Origin: an uncultured virus (IMG/VR IMGVR_UViG_3300028283_000004)
Lineage: Duplodnaviria; Heunggongvirae; Uroviricota; Caudoviricetes
Length of the DNA: 64,000 nt
IMG/VR virus record: IMGVR_UViG_3300028283_000004
Direction: 5' to 3' (one strand)
Shown: positions 1 to 5,924 of the stretch, in pieces
Numbering within the stretch: position 1 is the first letter of the stretch
How the letters are laid out: each line of letters begins with the position of its first letter
Notes under the pieces: generated by a model
The model's input: only the letters and a program-made list of their open reading frames with translations
Database searches by the model: none
Told to the model about the DNA's origin: nothing
Translations under genes and position numbers: made by a program

Positions 1-84
1 ATATAAATTGTAATATAATACGCCAGCAATTGCGTGACTAAATTTTGCTGTGGTGTTCTTTACTGCTTCTGTAATTGTTATCAT
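1..84 (-). CDS. hypothetical protein, N-terminal fragment (runs off window edge)
   Basis: ATG at 84, open frame MITITEAVKNTTAKFSHAIAGVLYYNLY to position 1, AT-rich upstream. Confidence 0.55.
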   Translation of the reverse strand, partial: MITITEAVKNTTAKFSHAIAGVLYYNLY

Positions 85-177
85 AATTATAAATTTAAAT
101 TTTTATTAAAGTAGCTAACTGGTTAGCTAGTATATGCTCCGTGAAGCTAAACCAGCTAACATTTCAACCACTATTTG

Positions 178-248
178 TAGAAGATAACAGAATCGAACTG
201 TTTCCATGTCTTTGTAATAGACAGACGCTACCATTACATCAATCTTCT
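178..248 (-). tRNA. tRNA-Val(TAC)
   Basis: Cloverleaf: acceptor AGAAGAT/ATCTTCT, anticodon arm TGTCT-ATTACAA-AGACA, T arm AACAG-TTCGATT-CTGTT; no encoded CCA. Confidence 0.85.
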
Positions 249-294
249 ATTTTGTTGAGTACTATCAACAGAATTATGGTTCTGATGATAATAA

Positions 295-942
295 TCAACA
301 TTTTTTTAATATTCGACCTTTACACCAACCCTCATTAATGAATATAGGCAAGTCATCATTTTTTATTTTTTTATTAATACCATTTTTTATTATCCAACAT
401 GTACTAAATTGCGAATTTTTATTTCCAATACCATGATTAATTTTTATTTCTTTCATTAATTCAATAGTTTTATCGCTATGATGTCTTCCAGTAAAATTAT
501 CATATTTCATTTTACCAAGTTTATGATTTTTAATCATATTTTTTTTTGAACTATTAGATATTTTATGTCGATATTCATCATTTTTCCATTGATTTAATAA
601 ATATTTTGATGCACCATGTCTCATTTTTATTAGATGTTCTTCTGATATTAAACCACCTTGACCACCAACCATTATGTTCATACAATCATCTTTTGCTATT
701 TCATTTAAATTAACTATTTCTTTTTCACGTTCAACTAATGATTTTCTATCTGAAAGAAATTCAATTATTTCAACTTTATGGTTTTCTTTTCCATATTTAA
801 TAATTGATCTTCTTAATCTTTTTCCAGAACCCATATAACCATCTGTTAAATTATTGGTTGAATGCATACCATAATAATATTTATTAGTAAGAATATTAGT
901 TGTTTTATAGATAAAATGAAATTCTTTTTCTTTTCTTGCCAT
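295..942 (-). CDS. free-standing GIY-YIG homing endonuclease (Seg-like) with NUMOD3-like motif
   Basis: FIYKTTN...YYYGMH...YMGSG catalytic motif; GRHHSDKT NUMOD3-like motif; lies between tRNA genes as T4 segB does. Confidence 0.85.
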   Translation of the reverse strand: MARKEKEFHFIYKTTNILTNKYYYGMHSTNNLTDGYMGSGKRLRRSIIKYGKENHKVEIIEFLSDRKSLVEREKEIVNLNEIAKDDCMNIMVGGQGGLISEEHLIKMRHGASKYLLNQWKNDEYRHKISNSSKKNMIKNHKLGKMKYDNFTGRHHSDKTIELMKEIKINHGIGNKNSQFSTCWIIKNGINKKIKNDDLPIFINEGWCKGRILKKC

Positions 943-990
943 AATATTTATTTCAATATAAATACTATGAAGTACAAAAAAGACCTAGGG

Positions 991-1076
991 TAACGCATGG
1001 GGGATTCGAACCCCTCGAAATCACAGAGGATGCCACCTTGAAAGAGTGGATGCTTTGACCGCTTGCATAATGCGCT
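991..1076 (-). tRNA. tRNA-Glu(TTC) with expanded variable region
   Basis: Acceptor AGCGCAT/ATGCGTT, anticodon arm CCACT-CTTTCAA-GGTGG, T loop TTCGAAT, about 17 nt variable region. Confidence 0.75.
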
Positions 1077-1111
1077 ATTTATATCTCATATCATTTATGA
1101 GTGACTAAGAG

Positions 1112-1186
1112 CACCACCGATGGGATTCGAACCCACGATCTCAAGCGTGACAGGCTTGCAGGGACGACCAACTCCCCTACGGTAGT
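1112..1186 (-). tRNA. tRNA-Asp(GTC)
   Basis: Acceptor ACTACCG/CGGTGGT, G73, anticodon arm CAAGC-CTGTCAC-GCTTG, T loop TTCGAAT. Confidence 0.92.
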
Positions 1187-1196
1187 ATTATATTAG

Positions 1197-1269
1197 CAGT
1201 GCGTGAGGGTGCTGACCCCTGACCTTCGATGTGACAGACCGATGTACAAACCGCTATACTACACACACT
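1197..1269 (-). tRNA. atypical tRNA-Asp(GTC), apparent 8/4 cloverleaf
   Basis: Acceptor AGTGTGTG/CACGCACT (8 bp), D stem GTAT/GTAC, anticodon arm TCGGT-CTGTCAC-ATCGA, T arm AGGG-GTCAGCA-CCCT, G discriminator. Confidence 0.7.
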
Positions 1270-1286
1270 ATGTTTATTATCCAATA

Positions 1287-1297
1287 TGTCAAAGAAC
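1287..1297 (-). promoter_or_regulatory. boxA-like antitermination element
   Basis: GTTCTTTGACA just 5' of the first tRNA; resembles the rrn boxA consensus TGCTCTTTAACA. Confidence 0.55.
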
Positions 1298-1307
1298 CTC
1301 TCCTAAC

Positions 1308-1342
1308 AAAAAAAAGACCCAACTGTTATTGTCGGGTCTTTT
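1308..1342 (-). terminator. intrinsic terminator (attenuator) of the Asp/Glu/Val tRNA operon
   Basis: GACCCGAC-AATAACA-GTTGGGTC followed by T8, between the leader ORF and the tRNAs. Confidence 0.85.
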
Positions 1343-1371
1343 CTATTTGAAAGGAGATTGTAATATTTTTA

Positions 1372-1458
1372 TTACCCGACAGTATATAGCTTATCCTCTT
1401 CATCCCATAATAGGACTACCGCTAATGCTACCATCAATATGTCGAGTACGTTTTTCAT
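1372..1458 (-). CDS. putative attenuator leader peptide MKNVLDILMVALAVVLLWDEEDKLYTVG (28 aa)
   Basis: ATG 1458 to TAA 1372; five Val codons and a DEED run; last codons TGTCGGGT complementary to terminator 5' arm ACCCGACA. Confidence 0.8.
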   Translation of the reverse strand: MKNVLDILMVALAVVLLWDEEDKLYTVG

Positions 1459-1491
1459 TATTTCTATTTCTTATTTGTTATAAATATTCTG

Positions 1492-1522
1492 CAAATATAC
1501 GCATTAAAATCATAAATACAAA
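1492..1522 (-). promoter_or_regulatory. Bacteroidota-type sigma-A promoter with embedded GTATTTAT phage motif
   Basis: TTTG-N19-TATATTTG; near-identical copy at 5232-5263. Confidence 0.8.
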
Positions 1523-1588
1523 TGTTTTTAAAAAAAATTGTTTATTTATAATAATTCTTAATAATTCATCATTAATACGACCCTTTTT

Positions 1589-1993
1589 TCATTCGGGTTC
1601 TATCTCTTCTTTCAATCCAACCATTTTCTTTAGTTCGGCTTTAATTCTTTTAGCGTTTTCACCCCGATAAGAACTTGCATTTGAGAGAAAATACAATACA
1701 ATGCTTTTTGCATCATCATAACCATATTTATCGTTTACACTATTTAAACTTGACATTGCATCCAAATAAGGTTTTGCAGCATAATTAACGTTTCCCCAAT
1801 CCCTACGAATTTCACGTGCAATTTGTGATAATGTTCTAGGTTCACCGCTAGGAATACCATTATTACTAGGCTGTTTGTTTGGCATATCGAATGGGTCACC
1901 ATCGTACATTTCATTTAGTCTAGGTTTAAATGTCGGGTCTAATTTACTCATAACTTCCATTAGATATTCTCTTGTGTTTTCTTTCTTTTTCAT
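1589..1993 (-). CDS. hypothetical protein with shared N-terminal leader (putative head-packaged protein)
   Basis: 134 aa ORF; N-terminus YLMEVMSKLDPTFKPRLNE; GTATTTAT motif upstream. Confidence 0.75.
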   Translation of the reverse strand: MKKKENTREYLMEVMSKLDPTFKPRLNEMYDGDPFDMPNKQPSNNGIPSGEPRTLSQIAREIRRDWGNVNYAAKPYLDAMSSLNSVNDKYGYDDAKSIVLYFLSNASSYRGENAKRIKAELKKMVGLKEEIEPE

Positions 1994-2019
1994 GTTAAAA
2001 TTTTTATTATAAATACTAA

Positions 2020-2514
2020 TTATTTTTCCGTTGTTTTTCCGTCAAATTTTTCTTTACTTTCTGATGCTTCTTCTTTGGTTTTAAATACAATACCATCTTT
2101 ATGATTTGGTGGAGTGTAAATGGTGTACATTTTTAATGGTTTGTTCCCAGTATTAATAATATTATGTTCTGAACCAGAAGGAATAATTATTGCATCACCA
2201 TCAGTTACCGAATATTCGTTACCATTAATAATGCATTTACCATTTCCAGATTCAAATCTGAAGAACTGATCAATTGTTGGGTGAGTTTCCATACCAATTT
2301 CTTCTTTGGGTTTAAGAGTCATTAAGACTAGCTGCATGTGTTCACCAGTATATAATACTTTTCTAAAGTCAGTATTATCTAAAGTATCTTTTTCAATATT
2401 GGAATGAAAACCTTTTTTATTAGATTTTTTAGTTTCGTTTAATGTTGGCTTGAATGATTTATCCAATTTGCCCACCATTTCAAAAAGTAATTCTTTGGTG
2501 TTACGATTTTTCAT
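2020..2514 (-). CDS. cupin-domain protein with shared N-terminal leader
   Basis: Cupin motifs EIGMETHPTIDQFFRFESG and GDAIIIPSGSEHNIIN. Confidence 0.85.
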   Translation of the reverse strand: MKNRNTKELLFEMVGKLDKSFKPTLNETKKSNKKGFHSNIEKDTLDNTDFRKVLYTGEHMQLVLMTLKPKEEIGMETHPTIDQFFRFESGNGKCIINGNEYSVTDGDAIIIPSGSEHNIINTGNKPLKMYTIYTPPNHKDGIVFKTKEEASESKEKFDGKTTEK

Positions 2515-2557
2515 TTAAAAAGTTTTATATAAATACTTAACTTACAACGAAAAATAA

Positions 2558-2932
2558 TTACAATTTAAGCGATTTATAATAACTATCAAACAACGATTTA
2601 ATATTAAGACTTCCCACAGGATTCATTGAGTGAATTAAAATTGTTTCAGGAAGGTCTAATTGATTATCAATACAATAATTAATTAACCATTTTGCACAAT
2701 CATAACCAGTTTTTTCGGTATCTTCATCGTATGGAGGTGGTTTAACATAATGTAAATCAGCCAAATCATGATCGAAGGAAATCATTTGTGGCATTCCCTT
2801 TTCTGTTACCGTTTTCACAAACTCGTCATAATTTTTCACAACAGTCCATCCAAGTAAGTAGACTTGATTATAGGTGTAGTCAAAACAAACTTCTGGATTG
2901 CGGAAGTCGTCTAAGAAAAGATTATATATCAT
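2558..2932 (-). CDS. cyclic-phosphate-processing receiver-domain-like protein
   Basis: LFLDDFR, ISFDHDL, TGYDCAKWL and IHSMNPVG motifs typical of this phage-common family. Confidence 0.75.
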   Translation of the reverse strand: MIYNLFLDDFRNPEVCFDYTYNQVYLLGWTVVKNYDEFVKTVTEKGMPQMISFDHDLADLHYVKPPPYDEDTEKTGYDCAKWLINYCIDNQLDLPETILIHSMNPVGSLNIKSLFDSYYKSLKL

Positions 2933-3141
2933 ATTGATGGTTTTACTATTTTCTCTACAGTTATTTTAAATATTGGTCGATAACAATGTGGTTCACCAGT
3001 GCTTTCACAAATTACAAAAGATGAATTTGTTTCTAAATGCGTATGGTCATATAAAACTGCTGATGTTATATGCGTAATATCATGATACAATTCTTTAACA
3101 ACATGCTCTTTAATTGATTTTAAAATATCTTCTGCTTCCAT
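2929..3141 (-). CDS. hypothetical protein (tandem paralog 1)
   Basis: Starts MEAEDILKSIKEHV, identical to neighbour. Confidence 0.65.
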   Translation of the reverse strand: MEAEDILKSIKEHVVKELYHDITHITSAVLYDHTHLETNSSFVICESTGEPHCYRPIFKITVEKIVKPSI

Positions 3142-3143
3142 AT

Positions 3144-3353
3144 TTAACTAATGTTTCTTTTGGTATTGTCTTTTACATTAATAGTAAATTTTGGTATATA
3201 ACCATCTTTAACTTTCTCCAGTATAAAAAATGAAACATCATATTGCATTTCAGTGGGATCATACATGGTTGGTGATGTAATACATTTGTAATCTTCACTC
3301 AATTCTCTTTCGACATGCTCTTTAATTGATTTTAAAATATCTTCCGCTTCCAT
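3144..3353 (-). CDS. hypothetical protein (tandem paralog 2)
   Basis: Start reassigned to ATG 3353 from identity with paralog 1. Confidence 0.65.
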   Translation of the reverse strand: MEAEDILKSIKEHVERELSEDYKCITSPTMYDPTEMQYDVSFFILEKVKDGYIPKFTINVKDNTKRNIS

Positions 3354-3534
3354 AATTAAGATTTTTTGTAAAGATACAAAATTAAAATTAAATTTCAAAG
3401 CATATTTAAAATGTCCCAGAAATAGTTTTAATTAGGGACATGTTTTGTCGCATTTATTACACACATTTGTGACGAGTTTTGTCGCAAATATAGTAATAAT
3501 TTTCCCTCAAAATATTGGATAACAAGTTAATAAT

Positions 3535-3570
3535 AAGGGAGGTGCAAGATTTATTTTGCGCACCCCCCTT
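3535..3570 (-). terminator. probable terminator ending the Pro/His/Gln tRNA operon
   Basis: AAGGGGGGTGC...GCACCTCCCTT hairpin followed by an AT-rich tract, directly after tRNA-Gln. Confidence 0.6.
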
Positions 3571-3578
3571 GGCTAAAA

Positions 3579-3653
3579 TGGATGCCCCACGTGGACTTGA
3601 ACCACGACTCTGAGGTTCAAAACCTCATATGCTAACCATTACATAATAGGGCA
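3579..3653 (-). tRNA. tRNA-Gln(TTG)
   Basis: Acceptor TGCCCTA/TGGGGCA, anticodon arm TGAGG-TTTTGAA-CCTCA, T loop TTCAAGT, encoded CCA. Confidence 0.92.
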
Positions 3654-3656
3654 ATA

Positions 3657-3732
3657 TGGGGTGAAATGGGGGATTCGAACCCCTCACCAACACATTCACA
3701 GTGTGTTGTGCTACCGTTACACTAAAATCACC
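3657..3732 (-). tRNA. tRNA-His(GTG)
   Basis: G-1:C73, anticodon arm ACACA-CTGTGAA-TGTGT, T loop TTCGAAT, encoded CCA; two T-T mismatches in acceptor stem. Confidence 0.8.
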
Positions 3733-3740
3733 ATATTAAG

Positions 3741-3814
3741 GGTGAATGACGGAGTACGATTCCGCAACCTTCTGAACCACAATCAGACGCTCTACCAATT
3801 GAGCTACAATCACC
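3741..3814 (-). tRNA. tRNA-His(GTG) with non-canonical T loop
   Basis: G-1:C73, D arm GCTC-AATTGGTA-GAGC, anticodon arm TCTGA-TTGTGGT-TCAGA, T arm GCGGA-ATCGTAC-TCCGT. Confidence 0.85.
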
Positions 3815-3817
3815 ATA

Positions 3818-4822
3818 TCACGAGTTTTCATAAAACTCTAAAAATTTTTCAATTTCATTTTCAATATATTCTTTACCTTCTACGGATTTAATACTTTTCC
3901 ATATTATTCTATAAACTATATATCCATTCTTTTTTAATACTTCATCTCTTTTTTCATCATGCTCACCTCTATATTTATGTTGACTTCCATCAATTTCCAA
4001 ATCAATATTTTTATCTTTAAAATAAAAGTCCAAGAAATAATTACAAGAATCATTCAAACCCAAGTCTCTTTTATTTACTGGATGATTATGAATATAATTA
4101 ATATTGTTGTTATTCAATACGTTCATAAAAAATTGTTCAGGATAACTAATTATATTTCTAGTTGCCCAACCCTTTAATAAACCATCTTTCGCTAAATTTT
4201 TCATTATAATACTACTCTTATTACGTTCCTCTTGACTTAAGTATCTATAAGTTGTTGAACATTTATTTGAACAAAACATATTTTTACTTTCCTTTTGTAA
4301 CTTTGTTAACTTATCCCCACAATGTCGGCATGATTCAATCACAATACCATTTGGTTTAAATTTCCTGATAAGTATTAAACGACAATTATCTGAGCAACAT
4401 TTAGCTCTACTAATATTTCCACTTAATGTTTTTAGAGGATTAAATTCAATATCACAAACGACACAGTTTCGTAATTTTTTCTCTTGTAAAATTTTTTCTT
4501 TAATATGTTTTATGTTTACATATTTTTTATTTATACTATTCCTAATTTTATTTTTAGTTTCATCATTAAGTATTCTATTTTTATTATTATATGTGGCAGC
4601 GCAAGAACTATTACAAAATTTATTTCTATTGGGTATTATTTCACCACAATTTAAACAAGTATTTATTTTCTTGTTTAAGTGGGACAATTCAATATTATTT
4701 TCAATAATAAACTCATTTAGTTTATCATATGCAGATTTATTTGCATATCCGAAATATTTTAAAAGCATTTCGTTTTTTGATTTAGATGTTGCAATAATTT
4801 CAAACAATTTTTCTTTTTTCAT
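3818..4822 (-). CDS. free-standing endonuclease: zinc-ribbon repeats plus C-terminal DUF559/Vsr-like domain
   Basis: Three CxxC...CSxxC repeats; SYPEQ, YFLDFY, LEIDGSQH, DEKRDEVLKKNGYIVYRI motifs; start moved to ATG 4822, downstream of the GTATTTAT motif. Confidence 0.8.
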   Translation of the reverse strand: MKKEKLFEIIATSKSKNEMLLKYFGYANKSAYDKLNEFIIENNIELSHLNKKINTCLNCGEIIPNRNKFCNSSCAATYNNKNRILNDETKNKIRNSINKKYVNIKHIKEKILQEKKLRNCVVCDIEFNPLKTLSGNISRAKCCSDNCRLILIRKFKPNGIVIESCRHCGDKLTKLQKESKNMFCSNKCSTTYRYLSQEERNKSSIIMKNLAKDGLLKGWATRNIISYPEQFFMNVLNNNNINYIHNHPVNKRDLGLNDSCNYFLDFYFKDKNIDLEIDGSQHKYRGEHDEKRDEVLKKNGYIVYRIIWKSIKSVEGKEYIENEIEKFLEFYENS

Positions 4823-4883
4823 AACATTTAATTTATTATAAATACTATGAAAGTCGAAAAAATACAAGTCGAACTATTAAATA

Positions 4884-4894
4884 TTTCAAAGAAC
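4884..4894 (-). promoter_or_regulatory. boxA-like antitermination element
   Basis: GTTCTTTGAAA after the two Pro tRNAs; matches the element at 1287-1297. Confidence 0.5.
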
Positions 4895-4903
4895 TTTTTA
4901 TCG

Positions 4904-4977
4904 TCTAGGTGACAGGATTCGAACCTGCGGACCACTGTTTCCAGAACAGCGTAGTATACCAACTGCAATACACCTAG
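4904..4977 (-). tRNA. atypical tRNA-Pro(TGG)
   Basis: Acceptor CTAGGTG/CACCTAG with A73 (Pro-like C1:G72), arm GCTGT-TCTGGAA-ACAGT (C33, A37), canonical T arm, poorly paired D stem. Confidence 0.6.
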
Positions 4978-4986
4978 TTATTTTTG

Positions 4987-5061
4987 TAGCGTAGGTGAGA
5001 TTCGAACTCACGAGTTTTCCACATCCCAAATGTGGCTGGGTGACCGCTCCCAAACTACGCT
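4987..5061 (-). tRNA. tRNA-Pro(TGG)
   Basis: Acceptor AGCGTAG/CTACGCT, D stem TGGG/CCCA, arm CCACA-TTTGGGA-TGTGG, T loop TTCGAAT. Confidence 0.9.
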
Positions 5062-5071
5062 ATGTTAAACG

Positions 5072-5100
5072 AAAAAACCCCACTCTTGCGAATGGGGTTT
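5072..5100 (-). terminator. intrinsic terminator (attenuator) of the Pro/His/Gln tRNA operon
   Basis: AAACCCCATTC-GCAA-GAGTGGGG followed by T6, about 10 nt before the first tRNA. Confidence 0.88.
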
Positions 5101-5129
5101 ACTAATCCTTACTCTTTTCCTCGAAAAAT

Positions 5130-5204
5130 TTAGATATAGTTTCCCCATTCACCATCATGTGGATGTTGTTGGGGTTGGTGTACTATACTAACTAAATTTT
5201 TCAT
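5130..5204 (-). CDS. putative attenuator leader peptide MKNLVSIVHQPQQHPHDGEWGNYI (24 aa)
   Basis: ATG 5204 to TAA 5130; eight consecutive His/Gln/Pro codons; GTGAATGGGG complementary to terminator 5' arm CCCCATTCGC. Confidence 0.88.
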   Translation of the reverse strand: MKNLVSIVHQPQQHPHDGEWGNYI

Positions 5205-5231
5205 CGCTTCTAAATAAATTAAATCTCTATG

Positions 5232-5263
5232 CAAACATATGCATTTAAAATCATAAATACAAA
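5232..5263 (-). promoter_or_regulatory. Bacteroidota-type sigma-A promoter with embedded GTATTTAT phage motif
   Basis: TTTG-N20-TATGTTTG; paralogous to 1492-1522. Confidence 0.8.
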
Positions 5264-5293
5264 CGTTTTTGAAAAAAATTAAAAATATTTTTA

Positions 5294-5917
5294 TTATTGT
5301 GTTTGTCCGTAAGCAATATTATATGTTTGTGCGTATTTTTGTTTAATAAATTCTCTTAATTCATTAAAAAAATTAGGTACTGGATCAGTATCTGGCATTG
5401 AGTTTAGTTTATTTACTGCGAATTCTATGAATTCATCTTCAATTCTATCATCCAATAAAACAGAAACTTCTGAATCAATATTTAATAGTTGCATAAATCC
5501 TGTTGGTGTTTTGGGTGCTGCTTTTGTTTTCGGTCCAAGTAATTTCTTAAAAACCTTCCAAGTATCATGTCCAGTAGATGCAGCACCTGCACCGCCCATT
5601 GCAACACCACCAGCAACAGCAGCTAACGCTCCACCAGTTCCAATTGTTCCAGCAACAAAGCCAGCAACACCTATTAATCCAACGACACATTTTAAAACGT
5701 CCACACCTGAACTTTTTGCCTTAGCAAGTGCTTCTTCTTTACTTGCTGAATGTTCATAAATATTAATTGCTTCTCTCAATTCGCCAACACTTAATGTGTT
5801 ATCATCAATAAATGAAGGGTTTCTTCTGTTTGGTGTAGGTGCTGCCATCTCCTTAATAATAAAATCGGGGTTAACTCTATGCATTACTTCAAACAATCTT
5901 TCTTTATTGTTTTTCAT
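5294..5917 (-). CDS. hypothetical protein with shared N-terminal leader and Gly/Ala-rich hydrophobic hairpin
   Basis: KERLFEVMHRVNPDF...IKE leader; VVGLIGVAGFVAGTIGTGGALAAVAGGVAMGG segment. Confidence 0.75.
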   Translation of the reverse strand: MKNNKERLFEVMHRVNPDFIIKEMAAPTPNRRNPSFIDDNTLSVGELREAINIYEHSASKEEALAKAKSSGVDVLKCVVGLIGVAGFVAGTIGTGGALAAVAGGVAMGGAGAASTGHDTWKVFKKLLGPKTKAAPKTPTGFMQLLNIDSEVSVLLDDRIEDEFIEFAVNKLNSMPDTDPVPNFFNELREFIKQKYAQTYNIAYGQTQ

Positions 5918-5924
5918 GGTAATT

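Noticed and set aside
991..1076. Opal suppressor or tRNA-Sec (TCA is present in the loop, long variable arm)
   Set aside because: Stem CCACT/GGTGG places TTC at 34-36; the TCA register does not pair.
1372..1458. T-box riboswitch as the regulator of the tRNA operons
   Set aside because: No T-box consensus (AGGGTGGNACCGCG) or stem I visible; the leaders are short and contain ORFs.
1203..1670. 155-aa plus-strand ORF, and likewise 141-338 and 3661-3891
   Set aside because: Antisense to tRNAs and the attenuator; no protein-like features.
3412..3490. Short inverted and direct repeats (TGTCCC/GGGACA, GTTTTGTCGCA twice)
   Set aside because: Too short to assign; could be operator sites for the downstream promoter, but nothing else supports it.
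4904..4977. Reading this tRNA as Gln(CTG)
   Set aside because: The only 5-bp stem with a 7-nt loop centres TGG, and C1:G72/A73 are Pro determinants.
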